A DNA stretch of 58,120 bases from an uncultured Pseudomonadota bacterium (GCA_902793005.1 CADBBQ010000008.1:1-58120), one strand, 5' to 3'; shown: positions 1-9,603, counted from the stretch's first letter. The notes: generated from the sequence alone by a model not told the origin. Numbers and translations: made by a program.

Positions 1-1982
1 CAAACAAACAGTTTATCTCTCCTCACGGAGGTCCAAAAGACACACAAGAAAGACAGATAACTATACCTAGTAATGCGAAATATGTAAGATTACAAATTAG
101 AGCGGTTGGTGATAGGTTATCATCAATGCAACAACAGCTGGAACGCGGTGATACCGCAACCGCGTACACGCCATACAATCCGCTGTGTGCGACGTGTGAC
201 GGGACGATTGTGAATTACACATCAGCAACCGGAACGGTCGTGCAAGATGGCACGCCGACGCCAGAAAACCCGATTGAACCGGTATTCTATCAACAAGGCA
301 ATATGGTCTTGCGCAAGGGTGGCGATTACGCAGATAGCTACGACGCGTCAACGGGAAAGATTACACGTAGAGTCGGTGTAAAAGTGTTGGATGGTACGGA
401 GAATTGGGGAATACAATCTATTAATGATCATGGTATTGCTAATTATCAAAGTACTATGGCAGGTATGCATCCTAGCAGCGGCAGTAACTCTATGATGTCT
501 AGTCATTTTGGTGCAACAGGCAGTCTTATAGCAGAATCGCGTAGGCCCGGATTATTAAAAAGTTCTGGTGATACTTACTTTATTCGTATTTCAAGTGAAA
601 CAGCAAGTACTGTTGCACAATTCAAATCGTGGTTAGCGGCGCAGAAAGCGGCTGGCACGCCCGTTACGATTTACTATGTATTGGAAAATCCGGTCGAGGA
701 AGATTGGACAGAGACATCGTACTGTGAAACGCCAATCAAAATTGCAACTACTAAATACAACGAAACCGCGTTCAGTCCGCTGAATACTGCGTTGGCGAAT
801 GCGATTAGTGTTGTGGACACTGTGGTGTCGAACACGATTGCTCAGGCCGGAAAAATTGCGACTTTGCAGGCACAAAAACAAACCCGTCCAGCGAATGATA
901 CTTGTCCGGCTTATAAACAATGTTTACTGGTTGAGGATGAAAACGGCACGCCGCACTGGTACGAAATCACCGACCCGTTCCGCGATTTCGTCCGCCCAAT
1001 TATCGCGAACAATGTCGCCCCCGCCAGCACCACGAACTCCGCCGGCTACACCCAGTTGGAGTATATCGAGAGTACAGGCACACAGTGGATTGATACGGGA
1101 ATAAAATGGCGTTATGGTTATTCGTTAGAAATAGCATTTACACCAATTCGAACAGGTCCGAACGCAGCTATTTTTGGTGCAAGCAATGGCGATGCATATA
1201 ATAACGGTGAAGTTGCACTATTCTTTCAACGTGATGGATATGATGTAATTTGGCCAACTACAGGTAGCATGACAAGTACCTATCAGCATTTTGGTACTTT
1301 TGCCCTAAATACAAAATATGTTGCTCGATATAATAATTCCGGAATAACAATAGGACAAACCTCTTTAGGGTTTAGTGTATATTCTGGATATGTTTGTGAG
1401 AGGAATTTATTTTTGTTTGCAACAAACCGTGGTGAAGCAAATAAATTCTTTTCCCAGGTAAAAATACATTCAACACGAATTTGGAACAACAATGGAGAGT
1501 TGGTTCGTAACTTTGTTCCGGTAAAACGGAACAGCGATTCTGCGATTGGGATGTATGATACCGTGACGAAAGCGTTCTTTGCGAATGCGGGCACAGGCAC
1601 TTTCACCGCGGGGCCAACTGTCGCGAATACCGACGTGCCGGCAAACGGGACGTGGACCGCGACATGGGCGGCAAATGCCACGACTGGCGTCAGTGCCGGC
1701 ACCATCACCGGCGAGGCGTTGTGTAATGGGGTGGAGGGAACTTACGGTGTTGCCGCAACAAGCGCACAAACATCATCCGCCGATTGGTCCAATAGCGGCG
1801 CAAGTTGTTGGTGCCGGGTAACCGGTGTTGACGATGGTGACGGGGTAAGTGCAGCAAATGGCTCGTGGGTCTTCAGCCTCACGCGCAGTTCGGCCGGCGG
1901 TTGTGCGAACAGCTGTGAGAACTACTGCACGACCTTCGTCAGTAGTCGCGCGGCGTTTATGTCTGCGGTGTTTGGTATGTGA
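1..1982 (+). CDS. Large modular surface/fibre protein, 5' end outside the window; phage-tail-like modules plus Cys-rich C-terminal domain
   Basis: The frame of ORF 126..1982 stays open back to base 3 (NKQFISP...IPSNAKYVRLQ). It shares the IKIATTKYNETAFSPL...KQTRPA and YTxLEYIESTGTQWID...NAGTG modules with 25256..26575. Confidence 0.75.
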   Translation, partial: NKQFISPHGGPKDTQERQITIPSNAKYVRLQIRAVGDRLSSMQQQLERGDTATAYTPYNPLCATCDGTIVNYTSATGTVVQDGTPTPENPIEPVFYQQGNMVLRKGGDYADSYDASTGKITRRVGVKVLDGTENWGIQSINDHGIANYQSTMAGMHPSSGSNSMMSSHFGATGSLIAESRRPGLLKSSGDTYFIRISSETASTVAQFKSWLAAQKAAGTPVTIYYVLENPVEEDWTETSYCETPIKIATTKYNETAFSPLNTALANAISVVDTVVSNTIAQAGKIATLQAQKQTRPANDTCPAYKQCLLVEDENGTPHWYEITDPFRDFVRPIIANNVAPASTTNSAGYTQLEYIESTGTQWIDTGIKWRYGYSLEIAFTPIRTGPNAAIFGASNGDAYNNGEVALFFQRDGYDVIWPTTGSMTSTYQHFGTFALNTKYVARYNNSGITIGQTSLGFSVYSGYVCERNLFLFATNRGEANKFFSQVKIHSTRIWNNNGELVRNFVPVKRNSDSAIGMYDTVTKAFFANAGTGTFTAGPTVANTDVPANGTWTATWAANATTGVSAGTITGEALCNGVEGTYGVAATSAQTSSADWSNSGASCWCRVTGVDDGDGVSAANGSWVFSLTRSSAGGCANSCENYCTTFVSSRAAFMSAVFGM

Positions 1983-1992
1983 TACGTGCCTA

Positions 1993-2085
1993 ACCCCGGC
2001 CCGCTTAGGCTGACGCTACAGCGGGGCCACCCCTTCCCACGACGGAGTGTGATGTGTGTCTGTGCAGCACGCCCGTGGGAAGGGA
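1993..2085. repeat. Palindromic repeat family B (ACCCCG...CCACCCCTTC...GAAGGG)
   Basis: Two hairpins; motif shared with 7547-7617 and 27103-27161. Confidence 0.6.
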
Positions 2086-2095
2086 ATGCAACAAA

Positions 2096-2339
2096 TGCCA
2101 AACCCGACAAAATGCAAAAGCGTTTTGTCATCCTGAGCGCAGTCGAAAGCGGTCGTCAGACCGCGCGGATCTGGGTTTGGCAAAGACAAATTTGTTGGCG
2201 CGTATGCGCCATGGCATCAAATATGCCTGGATCCGCGCTCGCGGAACGCTCGCTTTCGACTGCGTTCGATTACTTATGGAACTGTCATTCCAATGTAATC
2301 TCACTACGCTCAGGATGACAAAAGCCTTTGGCTTTTGTC
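2096..2339. repeat. Solo copy of REP-like nested-hairpin element A (GTCATCCTGAGC...GCTCAGGATGAC)
   Basis: Clearly homologous to 39063-39321 and 39696-39959; core inverted repeats at 2127-2138 and 2308-2319. Confidence 0.9.
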
Positions 2340-2350
2340 TAATTATTCAT

Positions 2351-2385
2351 CAACTGAACTCTGAACTTTGTACTCTGAACACTGA
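2351..2385 (-). repeat. Heptamer array (TTCAGAG/TACAAAG)n
   Basis: caactgaactctgaactttgtactctgaacactgaa; same family as 10853, 26984, 27184 and 34585. Confidence 0.8.
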
Positions 2386-2414
2386 AAAAAATCCCGCGAT
2401 TGCGGGATTTTTTT
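2385..2414. terminator. Bidirectional intrinsic terminator
   Basis: aaaaaatcccgc-gatt-gcgggatttttt between convergent genes. Confidence 0.8.
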
Positions 2415-2434
2415 TATTTTTGCATAATTGCGAT

Positions 2435-2695
2435 TTAAGCAATTTTTGCCAATTTTTTGGTCAAACGCGAAACTTTACGCGCAGCACGTTTTTTCGGCAT
2501 AACTTTGCCGGCGGCCTTCATTATTTTGCTTTCGGCAGAGCGTACCGCCGTTGTTGCCGCGGCCTTGTCCCCGGTTGCAATTGCGGCCAGAGCCTTTTTC
2601 GTTTCGGTTTTTACCGCACTGCGACGTGCAGTGTTGATTGTGTTTTTCTTGATTGTGACCAAGATTCTTTTTTTAGATGACTTGTGATTTGCCAC
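2435..2695 (-). CDS. rpsT: 30S ribosomal protein S20
   Basis: MANHKSSKKRI...AARKVSRL, 86 aa. Confidence 0.97.
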   Translation of the reverse strand: MANHKSSKKRILVTIKKNTINTARRSAVKTETKKALAAIATGDKAAATTAVRSAESKIMKAAGKVMPKKRAARKVSRLTKKLAKIA

Positions 2696-2777
2696 TGTTT
2701 TTCCTTTTGTTTGTTTTTTTATATGTTTTATGATATTTTATATTAACAAATTATAAAATCAAGGAGAAATATAAAAA

Positions 2778-3365
2778 ATGTTGTGGTTTTTTATCGTTTT
2801 GGTTGCATATATGCTGGGCAGTGTGCCGTCGGGCGTCATTTTGACTAAAATTTTGGGTTATGGTGATTTGCGCCGTGTCGGCAGTGGTAATATCGGTGCA
2901 ACAAATGTAATGCGTGTCGGGGGACTGCGCATTGCGGGTTTGGTTTGGTTGTTGGATATGTTAAAGGCAATGTTGGCGGTATGGTTGGGCGCGTATTTTG
3001 GTGGCGTGGTCGCAGGTGCCTGGTGCGGTTTTGCCGCAATTGTTGGACATTGCTTTCCGGTGTGGCTGCGGTTTCGTGGGGGCAAGGGCGTGTCGTGCCT
3101 GTTTGGAATTATGTTGGCGATTAATCCGGTGATTTTTGTGTTTTGCGGTATCGAATGGTTGGTCGTGGCGTTGGGATTAGGAAAATCTTCGGCCGGGGCG
3201 ATTGTGGTGTTTGGGGTGCTGCCGATTTTGGGGTTTGTGATGAATAATGGCGTTGGTTGGGCGTTTTTGGCAATGTCGGTGTTGTGTCTGTGGAGGCACG
3301 TGGATAATTTGCGTCGTTTGGCCCGTGGCGCGGAATCATCGATTGAGTGGCGGTGGCGCAAATAA
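2778..3365 (+). CDS. plsY: Glycerol-3-phosphate acyltransferase PlsY
   Basis: GSGNIGATN, GHCFPVWLRFRGGKGV, HxxNxxRL motifs. Confidence 0.95.
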   Translation: MLWFFIVLVAYMLGSVPSGVILTKILGYGDLRRVGSGNIGATNVMRVGGLRIAGLVWLLDMLKAMLAVWLGAYFGGVVAGAWCGFAAIVGHCFPVWLRFRGGKGVSCLFGIMLAINPVIFVFCGIEWLVVALGLGKSSAGAIVVFGVLPILGFVMNNGVGWAFLAMSVLCLWRHVDNLRRLARGAESSIEWRWRK

Positions 3366-3437
3366 ATCCGTTGTTTCTAGGGGCATTTTATGGTATAATA
3401 TGCTGAAAGAAATTTTGCATATTTTGGGGGATATGGA

Positions 3438-4322
3438 ATGAGAAAATACATCGCGATTTTTATTGTTTGTATGGTGGTCGTGCCGGCCTTTGCCGCGGGA
3501 CGGTCACTGATTAATAATAATGCATCGCGTGCCGGGATGATTAATGGGGCGGGGCGGATGCCGACTTTGTCTGTGCCATATACTGTAAATAATAATTCGG
3601 TTGTGTCGGGTGCAACCAATAATGCGTCGCGTGATGATGCCGGCGTGGTGGCGGATGATGATGCGTCGGTGGCTGACGATGTGCCGCCGGTTAATCGGGA
3701 CAAGGAAAAATTGGCATGTATCAGTAATAATGTCGGCGTTGGGAATACTTTCGTTTGGGCGTCGAAAGACAGTAACACGTCCAGTTATGCATCGATGGTC
3801 GAAGATGTGAAAAATCCTGAAAATAATGTGTGTTTTGTTTTGGTTGGTATGCGCGCTGATGATTCCAGAATTAATGTTTCGGATATTCAACCACAATATT
3901 TCGAGTGGGGGAAAAATATAACCTGTGGCGCGTGGACTGACGAGGCAAAGTTAGAAAAACGAATTTTGGATGCGAAAAAAACTGCACGGACATTGGCAAC
4001 CGTTGGCGGTGCCGTCGGTGGTGCGGGTATTGGCGTGGGGGCTATGGAATTGTTCGGAAACAAGGCGTTATCTAATATAAACGGATTGCAAGGGTTAGAG
4101 GGACAAAAGCAATTTGATGAAGGGTCTACCGAATGGTATGCGGCCAAGGCGGCGGAACTGAAAAACAAGGCGAAAAACAACAACAGTTTAAAAATCGAAT
4201 ACAATCGGTTTGTTGATTTGGTTGATAATTTGCGGGCAGAGTGCAATGGGGAAAATCCTGATTCAAAATGCAATGATGCGAAATATAAAAACTTGGCAGG
4301 GTTGAAATTGGAAAAATTATAA
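3438..4322 (+). CDS. Secreted hypothetical protein with glycine-zipper-like segment
   Basis: Signal peptide; hydrophobic Gly-rich stretch TVGGAVGGAGIGVGA. Confidence 0.7.
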   Translation: MRKYIAIFIVCMVVVPAFAAGRSLINNNASRAGMINGAGRMPTLSVPYTVNNNSVVSGATNNASRDDAGVVADDDASVADDVPPVNRDKEKLACISNNVGVGNTFVWASKDSNTSSYASMVEDVKNPENNVCFVLVGMRADDSRINVSDIQPQYFEWGKNITCGAWTDEAKLEKRILDAKKTARTLATVGGAVGGAGIGVGAMELFGNKALSNINGLQGLEGQKQFDEGSTEWYAAKAAELKNKAKNNNSLKIEYNRFVDLVDNLRAECNGENPDSKCNDAKYKNLAGLKLEKL

Positions 4323-4430
4323 TTATATATGCCATATGATTTCAGGCCCCAGCATTCGTCGCGGGGCCTGTTTTTATGGGTTGCGATTGGGTCGTGCGTT
4401 TGGTATGTTTTTGAAAAATGGATTTAGGCT

Positions 4431-5456
4431 ATGGATGATTTATTTGATAAATTACTGATTTTGCGGTCGCCGGGTGTCGGGCCGGTCGGATATCAAAATA
4501 TGATTCGACAATTTGGCTCGGTTCAGGCGGCGGCGGCCGGATTGCACGATGATGGTGCGCTGTGTGATAAGGTTATGCGCGAAATGGATGCGGCGGCGGC
4601 GGCCGGGGTGCGGTTCGTTGATGATAGTTCAGAATATTATCCGGTGGCCTTGAAAAATGTTAAAAATCATCCGCCGGTGATTTCGGTGCGGGGAAATATT
4701 GAAACTTTACGGCGTCCAATGGTTGGAATCGTTGGAACGCGACACGCGACCGCCACGGGAATGCGATTCGTTGCAGAATTGGCCGAATCGTTTGCGGCGC
4801 ATAATATTGCGGTTGTGTCGGGGATGGCAATTGGAACCGATACGGCGGCACATCGTGGCGCGCTGCGTGCCGCGGGGAACACCCAGACTGTGGCGGTTTT
4901 GGGCGGTGGGGTTGATTATATATGGCCGGTGGAAAACGAATCGTTGTATTGGGAAATTGTGGAACGTGGTGCCGTTATCAGCGAAATGCCGTTCGGGTTT
5001 GTACCAAAAGGCCCGAACTTTGTGCAACGAAATCGATGGATTGCCGGATTGGCAGATAAATTGATTTTAAGCGAGGCCGATTTGAATTCTGGCAGTATGC
5101 GAACCGCGGATTTCGCAATCGGATTAAACCGTGAATTGTGGGCGGTGCCGTCGCATCCGTCGGATGCACGATCGCTGGGGCCTAATTCGTTAATTGCACG
5201 GGGCGCGGCGCGGTTGTGTTCGGGAAAAAATGATTTTTTCAAAACAGGTGAAAAATCTGTTAAAGGGGATGAAAAAAATTCAAAAAATGATGATGTGGAA
5301 AATTTAGTTTTAGATGCGATTGGTTCGGTTCCGGTTTCAGAGTCTGTATTGGCAGATGTTGTCAAAAAAAGTGTTTCGGAAATTAAACGTTGTTTGGTTG
5401 TTCTGGAATTGCGCGGTTTGGTGCAAAAACAGAACGGCGGATATGTCAGATTATGA
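4431..5456 (+). CDS. dprA: DNA-processing protein DprA
   Basis: IVGTR, VVSGMAIGTD, FVQRNRWIAGL, C-terminal LELRG winged helix. Confidence 0.95.
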   Translation: MDDLFDKLLILRSPGVGPVGYQNMIRQFGSVQAAAAGLHDDGALCDKVMREMDAAAAAGVRFVDDSSEYYPVALKNVKNHPPVISVRGNIETLRRPMVGIVGTRHATATGMRFVAELAESFAAHNIAVVSGMAIGTDTAAHRGALRAAGNTQTVAVLGGGVDYIWPVENESLYWEIVERGAVISEMPFGFVPKGPNFVQRNRWIAGLADKLILSEADLNSGSMRTADFAIGLNRELWAVPSHPSDARSLGPNSLIARGAARLCSGKNDFFKTGEKSVKGDEKNSKNDDVENLVLDAIGSVPVSESVLADVVKKSVSEIKRCLVVLELRGLVQKQNGGYVRL

Positions 5457-5944
5457 TAAAAATCTTGTCAATACAATGTATATACATTAGGCGAAAAACC
5501 GGGAAAAAAACGAATCGTTGTCAAAATATAAAAGTTGAAAAAGGAACTAAGAATTTGTTGAAAATTGGAACGGGTGTTCTAAATTTGTAATGTCAAAAAA
5601 AAGAAGAGAAACAAAAACCAAAAAAACATTTGATGATTTGAATTTTTGAGTGTCGGGTGATTTTTTGTGACGAATGTTTTTGAATAAAAATGTTTGGACA
5701 TAATAAAAACCAAAAAAATTAAATTATCAAATTACATTTTTGCGAGAGAGAGTAGGGCATAAATAAACATTGGATTTTTTATCTGAAAATAAAACCAGAT
5801 AAAATTTAATGTTTTTGTGCAGGTGGCTTTTGCAACATTTTTTTGAAAATATTCAATTTAAATGTTGCAGAACAAAACGGTTTGAAAAAATCTCTTGCGC
5901 GGGCAGGAAACTCTTTTCAGAAAGGAAGGAAAAGGAGAAACGGC

Positions 5945-7213
5945 ATGCAGGCAGCAACATTAAAACAAAACGCAAATGTATCTGAAATTCGCGATATGAT
6001 TGCGAAGGAGATGGATTTTGCGGCTTGGACTTCTTGGATTGCGCCGTTGGATTTTAATGTTGTGGATGATGTGTTGGTGCTGATTGCACAAAATCAGTTT
6101 TCTGCGGATTATATTTCGGGTGTTTATGGTGCGTTATTAAAAAATGTTGCGGCCGAATTTGGTTTAAATGTGAAATTGGTTGTGCGTGGTGTGGCGGCTG
6201 CATCAATTGCAAATGATAATAATGTGCAATCTTATGATGCGCCGGTTGTGGAAAAAACATCGCCGGTTGCGTTTGATGCGTTTATTTCATCGGATGAAAA
6301 TGCGTTTGCGTTGACGGCGGCAAAACGCGTGGCGGCCGGGGCGGTATCATTTTCGCCACTGTTTATTTATGGGCCGGCGGGTTGTGGAAAATCTTTGTTG
6401 GCGGGTTGTATCAAATCCGAATCGGAAAATGTTATTTTGATGACGGGTGCGGGGTTTGTTTCGGAATTTGCGCGTGCGTTGAAAAATCGTAATGTGTTCG
6501 CGTTCAAGGATTTCTGCCGCAATTGTGATACATTTATTTTGGATGATGTGCAGAGTTTGGCGGGTAAAAATGCAACAACCGAAGAATTCTTGCAATTGGT
6601 TTTGGATTTGCGTGCCGCGGGTAAAAATGTTGTTTTGACATCCACTGTGGCGCCAAATGCTTTGACCGGTTTTGACAGACGCGCCCAATCATTGTTGGCA
6701 TCTGGATTGGTTGTTGATATGGTGGCACCAAACGCAAATGTTAAACACGAAATGTTGGTGCGCGCCGGGGTTAAATCCGACATCGCTGATGCAATTGCAA
6801 AACGTATCGCGGGTAACGGTCATTTGATTGCCGGTGTGGTGAATAAAATCAAAACATATTCTGAATTGATGGGACAGGACGCCACATTGGATGTTGTGGA
6901 ACATTTGTTGGCGGATACATTGGAAAAATTCAAAACACCAATTTCTATGGTTAAAATGATGTGTGAAAAATTGGGCGTTGCATATGATGCAATTTGTGGG
7001 GCGGGGCGTTCAAAATCTTTGGTATTGGCGCGTCAAATCATTATGGTTGTATTGAAAAATTCGACACGGTTATCTTTGACCGAAATTGGAAATTATGTTG
7101 GTAATCGTGATCACGCAACCGTTATGTATGCATTGCGTCAAATTGAAAAGATGAAACAGACTGATTTGGTATTAGATGCACAGATTAACCAATTAATTGC
7201 CGAATGTAAATAA
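5945..7213 (+). CDS. dnaA: Replication initiator DnaA with a divergent AAA+ domain
   Basis: PLFIYGPAGCGKS, ILDDVQ, domain IV RDHATVMYA; ATG at 5945 follows an AGGAG SD. Confidence 0.9.
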   Translation: MQAATLKQNANVSEIRDMIAKEMDFAAWTSWIAPLDFNVVDDVLVLIAQNQFSADYISGVYGALLKNVAAEFGLNVKLVVRGVAAASIANDNNVQSYDAPVVEKTSPVAFDAFISSDENAFALTAAKRVAAGAVSFSPLFIYGPAGCGKSLLAGCIKSESENVILMTGAGFVSEFARALKNRNVFAFKDFCRNCDTFILDDVQSLAGKNATTEEFLQLVLDLRAAGKNVVLTSTVAPNALTGFDRRAQSLLASGLVVDMVAPNANVKHEMLVRAGVKSDIADAIAKRIAGNGHLIAGVVNKIKTYSELMGQDATLDVVEHLLADTLEKFKTPISMVKMMCEKLGVAYDAICGAGRSKSLVLARQIIMVVLKNSTRLSLTEIGNYVGNRDHATVMYALRQIEKMKQTDLVLDAQINQLIAECK

Positions 7214-7320
7214 ACGGAAATAAAATAACAATACATCTGCTTGTTGTTTGTGCGCTTATGTAGCGTTTGTACACTGCGCTTACAAACAACGGCGCATCTG
7301 TGTCGTTATTTTATTTCGTT
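7213..7320. repeat. Long imperfect palindrome, family C
   Basis: Arms aacggaaataaaataac/gttattttatttcgtt; central TATGTAGCGtttGTACACTGC shared with 18647-18667. Confidence 0.7.
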
Positions 7321-7375
7321 AAAAAGAAGTTTCTGCTTGGTATTTATTGTTTTTTGTAGTGTGATGTTTTTATCT

Positions 7376-7617
7376 CGGTGCGTGTAACGCACCGTCTCCT
7401 TCTTTATGAAAGAAGGAGTACCCGCGTTAGCGGGGGAGGTAATTGTGAAATGTTTGTTTTAATTGGTGTGATTGCAATTAAAAATTATAATTATAAATAA
7501 AAGAATGATGAAATTTTTTATGGCGACTGTCGTCGCCGTGCACAACTACCCCGTCACTCAACCTGATGGTTTCGTGCCACCCCTTCTTTCATAAAGAAGG
7601 GGACGGTGCAAGCACCG
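7376..7617. repeat. Inverted pair of family B palindromes (REPIN-like)
   Basis: gcaccgtctccttctttatgaaagaagg is the reverse complement (1 mismatch in 28) of ccttctttcataaagaaggggacggtgc. Confidence 0.75.
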
Positions 7618-7626
7618 AAATGTTTT

Positions 7627-9603
7627 TTACACAAATAAATCTTTGACAAACTGGGCGTGTTCGGTGATGAATTTAAAACGAAATTCCGGTTTTTTACCCA
7701 TCAATTCGGTCACAATTGTTCGCGTTTTTTCCGTATCTTCGGCACCGTCGTCGGTTTTTGGTGGTAATTCAATTCGAATTAAACGACGGGTTTTTGGCGA
7801 CATAGTTGTTTCCTTTAATTGATTTGGCATCATTTCGCCCAAACCTTTGAATCGGGAAATTTCCACCTTTTTATTTTTATATTTTCCGTTCTGTAATTTT
7901 TCCAATTCTTCGTCCGAATCGATATAGAATGATTCGGTGCCACAGGTAAATTTATAAAGCGGTGGGCACGACAAATACAAATGCCCCCCATAAATCAATT
8001 GTGGCATATACTGATAGAAAAACGCCATTAACAGGGATGCGATATGACTGCCGTCGACATCGGCATCGGTCATAACAATAATTTTTTCATAACGTAATTT
8101 ATCGTCGTTCCAATCCTTGGCCGTGCCGGCACCAATAATATCAATCAAATCATTTAATTCACGGTTAGCACTGAATCGTTCGTCCGAATTAGACAGCACG
8201 TTTAACACCTTGCCTCGCAGGGGCATAATTGCCTGGGTCGCGCGGTCGCGTGCCTGTTTTGCGGTACCGCCAGCCGATTCGCCCTCGACAATAAATAATT
8301 CGGTGCCTTCGACCCCGTGTTTTGTGCAATCCGCCAATTTTGCCGGCATACGAATACGTTTTGTCGGGGTTTTACGGGCGATATCTTTGACCTGTTTTGT
8401 TTTGATACGCGCGTTCGCCAAATTGATAATAAACGATAATAATGCGTTTGATGTTTTCGGGTCAGATGCCAAAAACATTTCCCAGGGGTCACGCAAAGCG
8501 TTTTCAACATATCGTGCAATTTCCGGGTTAGACAATTTTTCCTTGGTCTGGCCCAGGAATTGCGGTGTTTTATAAAATACCGATACAATCGCCGCAACCG
8601 AATCGAAAACATCCTCGCTGACGATTGTAGATGCCGCCTTGTTATTTGTTTTTTCACCGTATGCCTTGATACCCTTGGTAATTGCAGATTTAAAACCACT
8701 TTCGTGTGTGCCACCGTCGATTGTTGCAATCGTGTTACAATATGATGCAAAAAATCCGTCGTCAGATGCCGCACCATTTTCATCGGTTAAAAATGTCAAT
8801 GCCCACTCTATACGGCCCGAATCGTCCGGAAAATCAATCGAACCGGAAAACATACGCGGTAAAATGCGCGGTTTGGAATCGGTTTTCTCCGCCAAGAAAT
8901 CAGATACCCCGTTTGGATAATAAAATGTTGTGGTGGCCGGAATATTCATATCATCGGTCAGTAATTCCGGGTTGCAAATCCAATCAATTTTTATCCCACG
9001 GGACAGGAACGATTTCGCACGTGCCATACGATAAATCTTAATCGGTTTGAATACCGCGTTTTCGCCAAAAATTTCATCGTCGATTTTAAATCTGATTTTT
9101 GTGCCGTGATTTTTTGTGGCATCCCCACGTGTGATTGGTGATGTTGTTTTGCCGCGTGAAAAAGTTTGATGCCATTCGTATCCGTCACGTGAAATCGTCA
9201 CATCCATATTGGATGATAATGCGTTCACAACAGCCGACCCAACACCGTGCAGACCGCCCGATGTTTTATAAACATTATTATTAAATTTGCCACCCGAATG
9301 CAGTGTGGTTAAAATAACCTCTAATGCGGATTTACCCGGATATTTTGGGTGTTCGTCAACCGGAATGCCACGACCGTCGTCGGTGATTTCGATTGTTTTT
9401 GCATCAATTAGATTTACCGTGATGCGTTTGGCGAAACCTGCCACGGCCTCGTCAATAGAATTATCCATAATTTCAACCGGCAAATGGTGCCAGGCCTTTT
9501 CGTCCGTGCCGCCGATATACATACCGGGACGCAGGCGAACGGGTTCCAAGCCTTCCAAGACCTGGATATCTGATGCGTCATAAGATGTGTTTTTTTCTGT
9601 CAT
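7627..9603 (-). CDS. parE: DNA topoisomerase IV subunit B
   Basis: EPVRLRPGMYIGGTD, LHSGGKF, EGESAGG, TDADVDG, RFKGLGEM; 658 aa, lacking the GyrB insert. Confidence 0.88.
   Translation of the reverse strand: MTEKNTSYDASDIQVLEGLEPVRLRPGMYIGGTDEKAWHHLPVEIMDNSIDEAVAGFAKRITVNLIDAKTIEITDDGRGIPVDEHPKYPGKSALEVILTTLHSGGKFNNNVYKTSGGLHGVGSAVVNALSSNMDVTISRDGYEWHQTFSRGKTTSPITRGDATKNHGTKIRFKIDDEIFGENAVFKPIKIYRMARAKSFLSRGIKIDWICNPELLTDDMNIPATTTFYYPNGVSDFLAEKTDSKPRILPRMFSGSIDFPDDSGRIEWALTFLTDENGAASDDGFFASYCNTIATIDGGTHESGFKSAITKGIKAYGEKTNNKAASTIVSEDVFDSVAAIVSVFYKTPQFLGQTKEKLSNPEIARYVENALRDPWEMFLASDPKTSNALLSFIINLANARIKTKQVKDIARKTPTKRIRMPAKLADCTKHGVEGTELFIVEGESAGGTAKQARDRATQAIMPLRGKVLNVLSNSDERFSANRELNDLIDIIGAGTAKDWNDDKLRYEKIIVMTDADVDGSHIASLLMAFFYQYMPQLIYGGHLYLSCPPLYKFTCGTESFYIDSDEELEKLQNGKYKNKKVEISRFKGLGEMMPNQLKETTMSPKTRRLIRIELPPKTDDGAEDTEKTRTIVTELMGKKPEFRFKFITEHAQFVKDLFV

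Noticed and set aside
1986-2680. ORFs 1986-2318 and 2054-2680, and similar ORFs at 38900-39994
   Set aside because: They are translations of palindromic element A or antisense to rpsT; their similarity comes from the repeat.
7213-7322. Integron attC site
   Set aside because: Poor RYYYAAC/GTTRRRY match, it follows a core gene, and no IntI is present.
5457-7626. oriC next to dnaA
   Set aside because: No clear DnaA-box cluster, and the G/T-rich plus-strand skew looks the same on both sides.
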